DNA of 64,000 nucleotides from Zygnema circumcarinatum SAG 698-1b. Its lineage: Eukaryota; Plantae; Zygnematophyceae. Positions 13,086-24,912 of this stretch are shown here, piece after piece. The first letter of the stretch is position 1, and the number at the start of each line of letters is the position of its first letter. The stretch covers positions 2,480,001 to 2,544,000 of the forward strand of contig CM074815.1 of NCBI GenBank assembly GCA_037447605.1. The letters are read 5' to 3'. Under the pieces are notes generated by a model that saw only the letters and a list, made by a program, of their open reading frames with translations, ran no database searches and was not told the DNA's origin. Made by a program: the position numbers and the translations under genes.

Positions 13086-14198
13086 GTTTTGCTCGGGGCA
13101 CGCCTCACGAATCAATGTTTCGCAACCATTTCAACGGGTGATTCAACGGTTGACCCAACGGTCCGCCGTGTGCAGAGCTGCAAGCTTCATAGCAGGATGA
13201 CAACACATCAGAGACGAGTTGAAGCACTCCGTCGCACACACACACACACACACACAGAGAGAGAAAGAGAGAGAGGGGAGCGAAAAGAAAGGCGCAGTGG
13301 GCACTGGTACTTCAAAACCATCAGCGTCATTATTCTTTTTTTCGTTCAAAGAAGACGCTTTGTTTGTCCTAAATGTGGAGACTCCGTGCGCGCCCGAACG
13401 AGCGACTTCTAGGACTACAGCGAGCCGCGCCGCCTACCTTAACCGCTAGGAGGAAGACATGCTTCAATCTTCACACTGTCTGCAGGCAGGCTCGCGTCAT
13501 GCTCCGGCAGCTCCACTTCTACGTTCTGCCACGTCTCGTGACAATCTGCAATAAACTAACTACGCACTCCTGCCATCCGTCCTATGGTACAGATCTAAAA
13601 CATCGCGCGAAGGAGGCACCGCAGATTGCAGTCGGTCTACAATCTCACGTCTATCTGTGCGCGTGTCATTTACTATGTTATCACTATACCCTCTCGTTTG
13701 CACGAAGCCAATTTAAATTCTACATAGAGTTACAAGGGCTAGGCTAGTTCTAGGGCAGAAATGATCGACCTTCCTTTTTGGGAGGTCAGAATCACAATAA
13801 TGAGGGCCTCCGCCGACAGTGGTGCATGCTTATGCCCTGTCTTGGCGAATAAATTGTGCCCTTCATGTCGCGTTTGCACTAAGGGACGTTGGACGTCTGG
13901 GGGACGTTGTTTGCTGTTTTTTCAACCAAAGAATTATTCACACTGGCCGATAACAGTTCGCCATTGAAGAAGACGAACCAGCCGATACTAAGTGCTCTCC
14001 GCAAAAATAGCTGATCTGGAAAAGGAAAAAGAACAAACAGGAAAGATATGTACGTTAGGTACTGCTTAGGACATCACCGTCTTTCAGGTGAGGAATGATT
14101 GAAGCCAAAAAGAGGGAGAGAGAGAGAGAAAGAGAGAGAGAGCGAGAGAGAGAGAGAGGACTTACCGCAGTCAATTTAGCCGAATCTGGCGGCCAAAA

Positions 14199-15826
14199 CT
14201 ATGCCTTCCTGGTATGGTAGCCGTGATGTGCGGGAGATGGAAATCTCGACTCGTCCATCTGCATCCACCCTCCATGGCTCGTTTCGTTCAACTGCTCCGA
14301 CGACGACAGCCTGAACGTGCACCGGCTCACAGACCGGCCATACTTCGCGAATGACATCGAATCCGCCCTCGACTTCAACGCTTTGCGGGTCCAAGAGCGC
14401 GGAATGATGCGGAGGTTGCATGTGAAGGGCAGGCGAAACCTTCGGTTCCTTGAGGGCTTCTCAGGGCGTGGTTCTGGGTTCTGCGAGAGCTTGCTCCAAG
14501 AAGGGGACTTGGGCTTCCTGGTTGAGCTCCTTGTGCTGGGAGAAGGGGAAAAGTTTGGCGAGTTTGAGCTTTTTGGCGACGAGTGAAAGTGCAATTCGTA
14601 CGAGCGGAGGCGTGAATAGTTGGTGGGACCTCGTAACGTGTTGGCTTTGACTATGGGTTTGCTAATTTGCATAGGGGAGCCCGGGGCCGAGATGGGCGCC
14701 GTCTTGCAGGGAAAGAGGCGGCTGGCAGATGCATATATGGTGTTCGATTCTGTCGTGTTTAGCTCTTGAGGTTGATGAGTATTGTCGGGTCCACATTGTT
14801 GGAGGATCCATGGATGAGCTGCACAAGCACAAGCATTAAGTCCATGTTAGAACAAGGAGGCTGGACGTGAGTAGTGAAATCTCTCATGTCGACCATTGGG
14901 TGCATCTTGATTTGCACGAGAGAACGCCAAGAAATTATTTTCATACTTACATAGAGCCTCTGTCGTTGTTATTCTCTTCCGAGGATCAGTGCAAAGCATC
15001 CGGCGGACGAGACTCTTCGCTTTGCTTGAGACTTTCCTCCACGGGCCGTGCTCGAGATCAATCACGCCGGCTCTAACTTTACGGAACAGTTCCTTGTTCG
15101 TTTTTCCGTTGAACGGTGGCGAGCCGCTGAGAAGGATGTACAAGGACACACCCAGACTCCAAACGTCGGCCTCGGGACCGTAAGAACAGTCGAGGACTTC
15201 CGGGGCGACATAGTACCTGAAATAGCGCAACAAAAGGATCAATCTCTGCAACCAAAGGTCATCGCCATCTCAATTGGGGTATCTTCAAAGACAGCACCAA
15301 ACACCGATAATAACAGACAATAGGATTATCTACCGCATGAAAGTGTTAAGTAGGCGTCGCTACTCACTTGGACCCGACCGGCTTCGTCATCTTCTTTCCC
15401 GGTGTGAAAAATTCCGCCTGGCCGAAGTCAACCAGTTTGACCTCCGTGTTTGACTCCTTTGACATCATGAGCACGTTCTCCGGCTTCACATCGCGGTGCA
15501 TGATGCCCTTCGCGTGGCAGTATTTCAAAACGGAGAGGAGAGTTCTGCACACGTGTGCAGCATCGCTTTCGGGGAAGCGTTTCCTCTGCTTGATGCGGTC
15601 AAAGAGGTCGCCCCCTTCGCAAAGCTCCATGATGATGTGAACGCGCTGTAGAAACCGAAACCGAGCCAGAAAAAGAGTCCGACAGGGGTCAGTGAAAGAG
15701 CCAAAATCCCGTGAAAGGCCGAAGGGAGAGTGGAGGAAGAGGTAGAGAGGCTGAAAGAGGGAGAGGCAGGAAAGAAGGAAGGGTGGAAGGACAGGACTAG
15801 GAAACGGAAGCGAAGTGGGTGGGAGG

Positions 15827-15863
<37 letters not shown>

Positions 15864-16449
15864 TGACCTTATCGTCTTCATGCACGTCTCGCAGCGTGAC
15901 CACCGAGTCGTGTCCCCCAGCCGCTCGGAGCGCGCGCACCTCCGTCCGCACGCTGTGCAGGTGAGCGGAGGACGCCATGGCCGCCTTCTCGAGCGTCTTG
16001 CAGGCAAAGACCTCGCGCGTGCGCAGGTCTGTGCAGGCGCGCACGACGCCCGCCACGCCGTCCCCGACCCGCTCGCCGACCTCGTAAAGCTGCGCGAGGT
16101 CGCTGTACGGCACGCCCAGAATGTGCTGCGTGCGGCGGTACACGTGCGCGGCGCGCATGCCGTGCATCAGCAGCGCCGCCGTGCGCTCGGCGTCGCCCAG
16201 GAGGGGGGTCCCGGTGGCGTGCTTGCTCCCCGCGGGGGGGGACGAGGGCGCCATGGCGGGGAGCAGCGCGGAGGGGACGGGGGAGGGCCCGGAGGAGGAA
16301 GAGGAGGAGAAGGAGGACGTGGAGGAGGCAAGGGAGAGGGAGGAGGCCAACGAGGAGGAGACTATGGACGTTGAGGACGTCGTCCAAGACTCCGTCGCCA
16401 GCCAGGCCGCCTTCGTCCCCAGGGCTGTCCCGTCGTCTTCCGCGTCCAT
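14199..16449 (-). CDS. Ser/Thr kinase, CDPK superfamily, PEPRK-like (no EF hands), paralogue 2, with S/P/R-rich tail
   Basis: Exons 16449-15868, 15645-15368, 15216-14951 and 14818-14199. Motifs VGDGVAGVV, EVFACK, HRDVKPEN, DFGQA, GSKYYVAPE and SHPWI. The first two introns match paralogue 1 in position and phase; the third donor also matches. Confidence 0.92.
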
Positions 16450-19448
16450 TTCTGTGCGTCTGGAGGGTTGGAAAGTACGAGATGAAGCTTCTTTGGATGC
16501 CTGCGATGGAAGAGGAGCTTCTGCGGCCTTTAAAGAGAGAGAGAGAGAGAGAAAGAGGGGTAGGGAGGGAGGGAGGAGGTAGGGGGGGGGAGGTTGCAGG
16601 AGGAAGGGCGTCGGTTGCAACTGATTTCTGCCGGCGGCAGAAGGGTACGGCGGCAGCGCCTATGAACTTGGCGCGGCGCGTGACGTGACGTGCGGGTCTG
16701 ACGCACGGCGGACGTTGTTCGCTTGGCGGCCGTACAGCGCTGGCGCCATGTGGCGTACGGACATTCGTACGAGCATCTGTACAAAATGCCGCCCGGGGCT
16801 GCTGCTCGGCGGAGACCTGACGCTCCAGAGGTGACGAGGCGCCGACATATCCCTTTTAGGGCACTCGTGGCGGACGCCCATTGGCTGGTAGTGATGACGT
16901 GGCAGCATAACGTGGCCAGTGGAACGCTGTGCACGAGGGGGGAAAGAAGACACGGAAGGCGCGGAGGCGCATTAACTGCTGTTTGGACGTATCTGCGATC
17001 GGATTACTCCCCTTTAAGCCGCCCCATGAGGGTTACGTGGCGCAATCAAATGCTGCGCGCTGATTGGCGGACGTGAGAGCCGCGGATCCGCCCCATGTGA
17101 GCGGACTCTCGCGGTGGGCCAATCAGGGATAAGAAAAATTTTGCGCGAAGATTTCTTAATGAATGTGGCGCGACGGGCAGACCGCGGTCGGCGCGCGCGT
17201 CGCCCATTGGGCGCGAGGGCCCTGCGGGCCAGCTTGGCACCGGGAAAAAAAAAATCCGACGCGCGGAGGACGATGCCACTGGCGGGAAACCGCCGGGCGG
17301 GAGCGGAAAAAACGACAAAATGCTCCCGCGCCGCGCCAAAGGTAAGTCGGCGCGCCGTGTCGCGTTAGGCGTAGGTCTGATGCGAGCCTACCCTAGACGG
17401 CGCATCGGCCAGCGGTACGGCGGGCGGGCGAGCACCGACATTTCCGCTCGGAGGGCCTGGCCGGGGAGGGGGCCCAGCTGGAGGGCGCCACGTGGCGGCA
17501 GAGTAGCCGCTGGGCCGCGTGGCGGGCGCGCGCCGCAAGTGGCGACGGAGGCAATGATAGGGCCGGCCGTACGAACATGTTCGCGCCGACACCTGTCCGT
17601 ACCTTCGGGTCTGAAGCGGCCCCGCAACGTCCACATTTTCGAATGAGAATGTCAAAACGGATTGGGGCACGGTTCTATGGTCGGATTTCACCGTTAGGTG
17701 GAGAAATTCGCTGTTGCAAACTGCGGCGGGCAGTTTGCAAACCGCTTTTTGAAACGAGCCCGTCCGCACGTGCGAGCCGTTTGAAAGGCGGATGGAAGCC
17801 GGAGGGACGCCTGTTCCCGAAGCTAGCGCCAATTAGAGTGCGCCACGTCGCCTCCACGTGCCTGTGCTTGAAATATGAATCGTGGCGTGCTTGCAGTGGT
17901 TGGCGCAGTCCGCAAAATGTTTGGAACTGCCCGAGGCGCTGGCGCGGTTTGATGTGCCACGTGTCGACCTCCAGTTGGTAGTATTGATTGTTTACCCCCT
18001 TTTTCTATTCGGGTACGAAGACGAGACCAACGGTGTGCGTCTTCGATATCACGTCATCAAATTTCAACCACGTCAGCAAAAGTTGAAGAAGCTAATGGAA
18101 TTTGCACAGTGGGCCTCCTCGACGGCGGCAGTTTGCACATAGAAACGGAGGCGTTTCAGGCCACGTGGCCATAGTTACGCTCCTTTCTATGGCAATAACC
18201 GTCATTGCCACGTGGCATCCTGGAAGCCACCGGATCAGCGCCCAGGCTGCAGATTCAGAGCAGCGCGCCACATGTCGCAAATCGAGCGGAGCTGTTGACC
18301 GGGATTCCCATTGCGCGGACACGACAATAAAAGAAATCTCAGGGACAACACGTGGCGGTCATTTGTCCATCGGATCGACCACGCGCTCCCAGGCGCTATG
18401 CGACACGGATCCAGCCAATGATAACCGTTTGTCGACGCCCGATATTTGTTTGATATGTTTTGTCGTTTCATGTCCGCAAGCCGCCCGGTCTGCTCCGCTC
18501 GCGGCCGCTTCGCGGATCATTCGGCTCTAAACGACAAACCGCGATTTTGGCCGATTAGCCCGCCCGGACGATCACGACAAGGGCTGCCGCGCGATGCGGT
18601 AGCGCGCGCGCATCTGTCTTGTCGCTTCCGCCTTCATGAAGCGTTCGTACATTTTCTTGAACATTTTTTATTGATAAAAATTTACATTCGTGGTCCCATG
18701 CTGTTGGTCAAGTCGCGTCTCGCGATAGTCTGACATTGTTCCGTTGAGTCTCATGAGAGGGGGGCGCTTTTGTTGTCCACAAGAACCACGAATGCCAGCA
18801 TGAGGCATCCATGCTTGGCTCCGCGCCATGTACATGTGCATGTGATGATGCTAGGACCATCCGTTAAGGACATGGACAACATCACATTGTTCCGTACCAC
18901 TCATCCGCATGTTGTAGCCGCAGACCATGCACGCTCACAACTCTTCTTCGCACAATCTCGTGCACATACTTAAGTGATGCCTGTCTCTGAATGACAAGTA
19001 GAAAAGAAGACGTTTCATCCACAGCCAACGGCGCCTTTCAAACCACGAACGATGTCTGTCTGATGAACTATTTGTGCAACTGTACACATGTAACGGATCT
19101 TGGGAGACACAAGCTGTCCAGGCGGCAGACGAATGGAAACGGAGGCGAAGCCACAACAGTGACGAGTCATGTGTTATCTTCAAACCGCATTTTCGAGTTC
19201 GCATACGCTATCAGGGCGTGTCAAACTTAACAAAATCGAACGAAAAACGACCTCGTCAGTAAGACTGAATTCATTTTATACGGAGTGTTCTCGTGCAGGC
19301 GGATCTCGATGTGCCCAGAACACTCGTTTGGTTGTGCCTGTATCTAACCAACGGAAACGTCCATTTTAGTAACTCTGAGAATCGTTGTAAGTTTGCCGCG
19401 CCCCATTGGCCAGTGCTCGAACCGAGACGGACGGACGGCCCGACTGCA

Positions 19449-22400
19449 TCAGAACCTGTCCTTGCGGCGACGAATGTCGGCCATGACGTCGATAGGTGAC
19501 GTCAGTCCCGTCACTTTCTGCATGCACACGAAAGGGCGCAGCTGCTAGTGCTCAGGAGAGGGAAAGGGAGAGGGAGAGGGAGAACGGGGAGGAGGGAGGG
19601 AGAGGGAAAGGGAGAACGGGAAGGAGGGAGGGAGAGGGAGAGGGAGAGGGAGAACGGGGAGGATTGAGGGAGAGGGAGAGGGAGAGAGAGAGGGAGAACG
19701 GGGAGGAGGGAGGGAGAGGGAAAGGGAGAACGGGGGAGGGAGGGAGAGGGAGAGGGAGAGGGAGAACGGGGAGGATTGAGGGAGAGGGAGAGGGAGAGGG
19801 AGAGGGAGAACGGGGAGGAGGGAGGGAGAGGGAGAGGGAGAGAGAGGGAGAGCGGGGAGGAGGGAGGGAGAGGGAGAGGGAGAACGGGGAGGAGGGAGGG
19901 AGAGGGAGAGAGAGAGGGAGAGCGGGGAGCGGGGAGGAGGGAGGGAGAGGACGGGGGGGAGACGGGAGAGCAGTGAGAGGGAGGGAGACCAACACGATAA
20001 AGAGAGCCCAAGGGAGAACGAAAACGGGGGAGACAAAACGAGCAGGACAGCTTAGGGGAGGGGGGACGCAGGAGAAGAGAGAGAGTGAAGGGCGGGAGAG
20101 AGAGGAAAAGCAAGCCCCCTCGCTCACTTTCTCAAGGAAGAGAGCCAAAAAGTGGACAAAATGTTAATCATTTTCCCAAGAAGCTCGATTAGTAAAGGAC
20201 GGCAGCCAATCGGAACAATGCAATTCTCGTTATGAAGGAGTCCACCTGAAGGTTCACATGTTCCACCCGCATGAAGGGGTTCGTTTGGAGCTCCTCCGTT
20301 ATGGTCGACGGAACTGTGGGGAGGTGGCGACTCCGTTGCTGAAGAGCCCATTCCAGTTTTGCTCGCAACGCTGCATTGTCCGGTTCTATGGTGACGGCAA
20401 ACTGAAAGTTTTTTACAGTGTACTGCAGCACATGGAACAAAGCCCAAGGCATTGGAAAAAATGGTCTCACGACCCCAGTTGAGATTTCGAGCAAAAACTG
20501 TCAAAACTGGACTGACTGTAACGCGGCCCATTTGTCGACACAGATTCAAACTTCTGAAGTATACTCACAACGGCTGCTTCAGAAGGACCATCAAAATTCA
20601 GGAATAAATCGGAGGTCTAATCTCAGCTCAGTATTCCCTCTACGTAGGCTCACCTCATGGCCGCAAAAAACCTTTGTCTCGGGCGGAAGTTTTCCCAAAG
20701 TTCCGCACAAAGAATGATACATTTGTTCGGCAGTTCCTTCAAAAAACCGACCGCAGCCACCCACAAACTGGGAAAAAAAAAAAAGACAAACCCTGATAAA
20801 GAATTTTCTGGGAGAGGTCCTAGTTGGAATGTGCGTAGTGTGAGGAGACGCGAAGTGTAAGGGGGAGAGGTTGGAGGGGGAGGGGGGAGGGGAGGGGGAG
20901 GGGAGGGGGGAGGGGGAGGGGGAGGGGGAGGGGGAGGGGGAGGGGGAGGGGGAGGGGGAGGGGGAGGGGGAGGGGGAGGGGGAGGGGGAGGGGGAGGGGG
21001 AGTGGGGAGGGGGGAGGGGGAGTGGGGAGGGGGAGGAGGGGAGGGGGAGGGGGAGGGGGAGGGGGAGGGGGAGGGGGAGGGGGAGGGGGAGGGGGAGGGG
21101 GAGGGGGAGGGGGAGGGGGAGGGGGAGGCGGAGGGGAGGGGGAGGGGGGAGGGGGAGGGGGGAGGAGGGGAGGGGGAGGGGGAGGGGGAGGGGGAGGGGG
21201 AGGGGGAGGGGGAGGGGGAGGGGGAGGGGGAGGGGGAGGGGGAGGGGGAGGGGGAGGGGGAGGGGGAGGGGGAGGGGGAGGCGGAGGGGAGGGGGAGGGG
21301 GAGGGGGAGGGGGAGGGGGAGGGGGAGGGGGAGGGGGAGGGGGAGGGGGAGGGGGAGGGGGAGGGGGAGGGGGGAGGGGGAGGGGGAGGGGGAGGGGGAG
21401 GGGGAGGGGGAGGGGGAGGGGGAGGGGGAGGGGGAGGGGAAGGGGGGTTGTAGTAAGTGAGAGAAAGGTGACGAGAGGCGAGGAGTAGCGGGAGTAAAGG
21501 GCAAATAAAATCTAACCTAAAGATTAAGGGTGAGAGAGTCGGAGGGGTGAAACAGAAAAGGGAGAGAGAGAGAGAATGCGGGGAGGGAAGTGTTAAACTC
21601 TACCAATGTATCACCGGTAAAAACCGCCGGTGAGTCCCTCCCATCAGTGCACGTCGCAAAATAGCTGACGTGGCCCTTCGTGTGACTGCCACGTGGCACC
21701 AAGTTCCACGTCAGCGTGTTCATCATCATCGCGACCACGTCAAATTGTGGATTGTGCGCGTAGTCGTAATCATTCACCTCATGAAGGAGAGGAGAAAAAC
21801 TGTACGAACAGTGTGCATAGAGCGTAGAATCACAAAAACAAAAACAATGAAAATTCATCATATCGAGCGCATTAAAATGATAGGCAGGGTTTAGTCGCAC
21901 CACGGGGTGTGCAGCGCTTTGATGGTGACGGTTTCGCCGATCGATAAAATGTCGCCATCTTGAACGGCAAGAGTGCAACCCGTGACATTATCGAGGAAGC
22001 CTCCCACAATTTGAACTCCCGGAATGAGTGACTTTATGGTGTCGTTTCCACCCGCATGGTCCCTTCATAAACCGGAAAATAAAAAAATAAGGATGATTCA
22101 ATGAACAAGCTGAGTTTGATACTGAGAAGTTCAGCAGTAAAGAAACCTCTGCGCCTTTTGAGTTTGGTTATGTTGCAGTACCACTCTCTCGTCCTCACTC
22201 CCTACTCCTCCTTTCCTCCTCCCACCCCCCTTCTCCATTTCTCTCTCTTCTCCCTCCATTAAGTTACGAAGAGACCTGCCCAACACTTTAAAGCAGCTCT
22301 CAGAAGTCCTCAAAACTCTGAGAACAATAAAAAGCGGTAAGCGAGTAAACGAGTGATTGTACATATTCTTGAAACAACCAGGATAATGAAAAAGGACGCA

Positions 22401-23174
22401 GAGCTAAAATAATGGACAAAAAAAGGGGTTGGGGGGGGGAGAAGGGGGGGGAAATAGGAGAGAAGATGGGAAAAGCGAGATGTGCGGAGAGGAGAAGGCG
22501 CACCAGTGGTGGTGGGTGGTGAGAACTGTCGAAATTCTGACCCCCTCCTTCCGAGCAGCCTCCAAAACTTTTTCGGGCTCAACGGGGTCGACTGCAGCGG
22601 CCTCATTGGTGGGTTCATCGATCAAACTGCCCGCCCACATTAGAAATCAAGCAGGATTAATAAAATAATAATAAAAAAAAATTTAAGAAAAAGAAAGAGA
22701 CGGAAAGCAAAGAGGGGAGGCGATCAAGAAGGACGCATGCATGCATGGGTCAGGCATGGCGCACACATGGCTATGGCGGTTGATTTACCAAAATTATGAT
22801 GCAATGGACGACTTTTCCCATGGGGTTTCACAAACCACTTAGAAAGGCTTTTCCTTATCATCTACTGATTTTCCTGAAGTTTATTAAGGAAACGCATTAA
22901 TTATTAATATTGGGTCTATGCTTTATTTATTTTATCTACTTCGTCATTATTAGCTTTCCATGCATTGAATATGTAGCATCAGCACAGCGCTGCTTCATCA
23001 ACGAGAAACAAGCTCAATGAATTGCTACGCATCTTCGGACCTCTTTCCAACGTAAAAAAAGGAAAAAAGGGAGCATGTGTGCGTGTGTGTGTGTGAGAGA
23101 GAGAGAGAGGAGAGAGAGAGCGCGCACAGATAGGCGTAGTTGTCGGTGAGGACGGGCACGTGGAGCACCCTCAT
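19449..23174 (-). CDS. GLX2: Hydroxyacylglutathione hydrolase (glyoxalase II, cytosolic type)
   Basis: Exons 23174-23128, 22626-22504, 22062-21901, 21685-21604, 20767-20654, 20422-20246 and 19517-19449. Motifs [47 protein letters not shown] and TNPFMR. Confidence 0.96.
20861..21442 (+). repeat. ~580 bp (GGGGGA/GGGGAG)n array in a GLX2 intron
   Basis: Nearly pure G5A/G4AG hexamer run, read directly from the sequence. Confidence 0.95.
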
Positions 23175-24912
23175 GCTGCCACGTAGCGCAGTGCTCCCTT
23201 TCGCCACGTCGGCCTGCAGCCCTCACACCCTCGAGCAACCGTTCCATGCGCGCAGTCTGTCCACCGTTCCGTGCGATCCACGTAACGCAACTGGCCGCCA
23301 GGACCGCAGCATAGAGCGGCCCCGGCCCTCCCCAGGCGGTTGACCGTACCAATACGTACGACCTGTACGATTTTGTGTACGAAATATCCAGTCGATTCTG
23401 CGTTAGACCGTACATAAATGTACGAGCCATTGTCGTGTGAAGCTCCATGTGGGCAGCGTATCACCAAACGGCAGACCATGGAACGGCTTCGTCCCGTGTG
23501 GTAAAACGAGAACAGCGCTGTGAACAATGTTCCATACGCGTGTTGGTTCCGCGAGGTCCTCGGGAGGCGGCGACGTGTTGTTGAAGGCGCGTGCAAGTTC
23601 GCACACGCGCGGTTCCATGGAGCCATGTTCGGGGCCATGGCCGCCATGCGCTGACACTATGGGAGCTATTTCGCGGCATGGGAAGCCCAGCGGCGGCAAA
23701 TTGCATTCTAAACTAAGGCTGTTCATAAACGTTTAGTGTTTAGGAAACTAACAAAACTAAACTTGCATTATTTGTGAGTTATCAAAGCTAAATAATTAGA
23801 CGACAATATACTGTTGAAGTCATTCCATAAGTTAATGTGCAGCCTGTGAGGAGAGGAGGAAAGACTCAAGGAGAGGGAGAGCAAGGGCGTCGGAGAGAGG
23901 GAGGGAGAGAGAGAGCGAGAGCAAGGACGTGGGAGAGAGTGAGGGAGAGGGAGAGGAAGGGTGCAAGGGAGAGGGAGAGCAGGGGCGTGGTAGAAGGGGA
24001 GGAGGGAGGAGGATGCAAGGGTTAGGGAGGAAGTGGGAGAGCAAGGGCGCGGGAGAGAGGGAGGGCGAGGGGAGACAAGGGCATGGAAGAGAGAGAGAGG
24101 GGCCTGGAGGAGGGCGTGAGAGAGTGGGAGAGACTGGGAGAGCGAAAGCACCAAAAGCATGCAGGAGAGGTAGGGAATGGACAGTGAGCTCATAGCTACA
24201 CAAACAAAAGTTCAAAATTACAATCCCAGCTCCAAAAACAGAAAACATTTCCCAAAAAACAAAACGAAACGGAAAATTCCTTTTTTCAGTTCGATGGAAC
24301 TGCAGCCTAGAAAGTACAGGATTAGAATTTGCAGCTCTGTTTCTGACTCGTTTGAACTGGCCTTAAGGCCCGCTCTGAACCCTAAAAGCGATACTAAACC
24401 TTCCTATATCTCTGAACGAGCTGCCAGGTGGCGGCCAATTATTGGGCCGGTCTCCCAATTCCGGCCATGGCCTCCCTCCCGACTTATTCTGCTCTCTGTC
24501 AAATGCTGACAACAGGCTCAAACTAGAAACTGAAAACTGAAAACTGGAAACTGGAAAACTGAGCTGCAAACTTCCAAGCTAAAGCTGACGACAAATTGCC
24601 GACTTCTTACAAGGCTACCTTTTATATGCTGAAACGTTGCAAAAAAATTGACAAACTTTCATATATTGTCGACAGGCCACCCTCTGCTCGTGGGGCCCAC
24701 CAATTTTGCTCTCTTTCTAATTAAATACAGCGAGGAACAATTCGCTTCAAAAAAAAAGGAAGGGGGGGGGGGGGAGGGGCAACGGAGATTTGCATACATA
24801 ACTTTGAAGCATATTATTAGAGCTGAAAGCTCTACCCATGCTCATTTCCGAACTCCAAAAGCCAAAAATAAAAAAAGCCGGAAACTGGACCGTTTCTGTT
24901 CTCTTCAACAAT

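Noticed and set aside
16650-19400. GC-rich intergenic ORFs between kinase 2 and GLX2
   Set aside because: No recognisable domains or consistent splice models. The region looks like promoter/UTR DNA rich in CACGTG and CCAAT.
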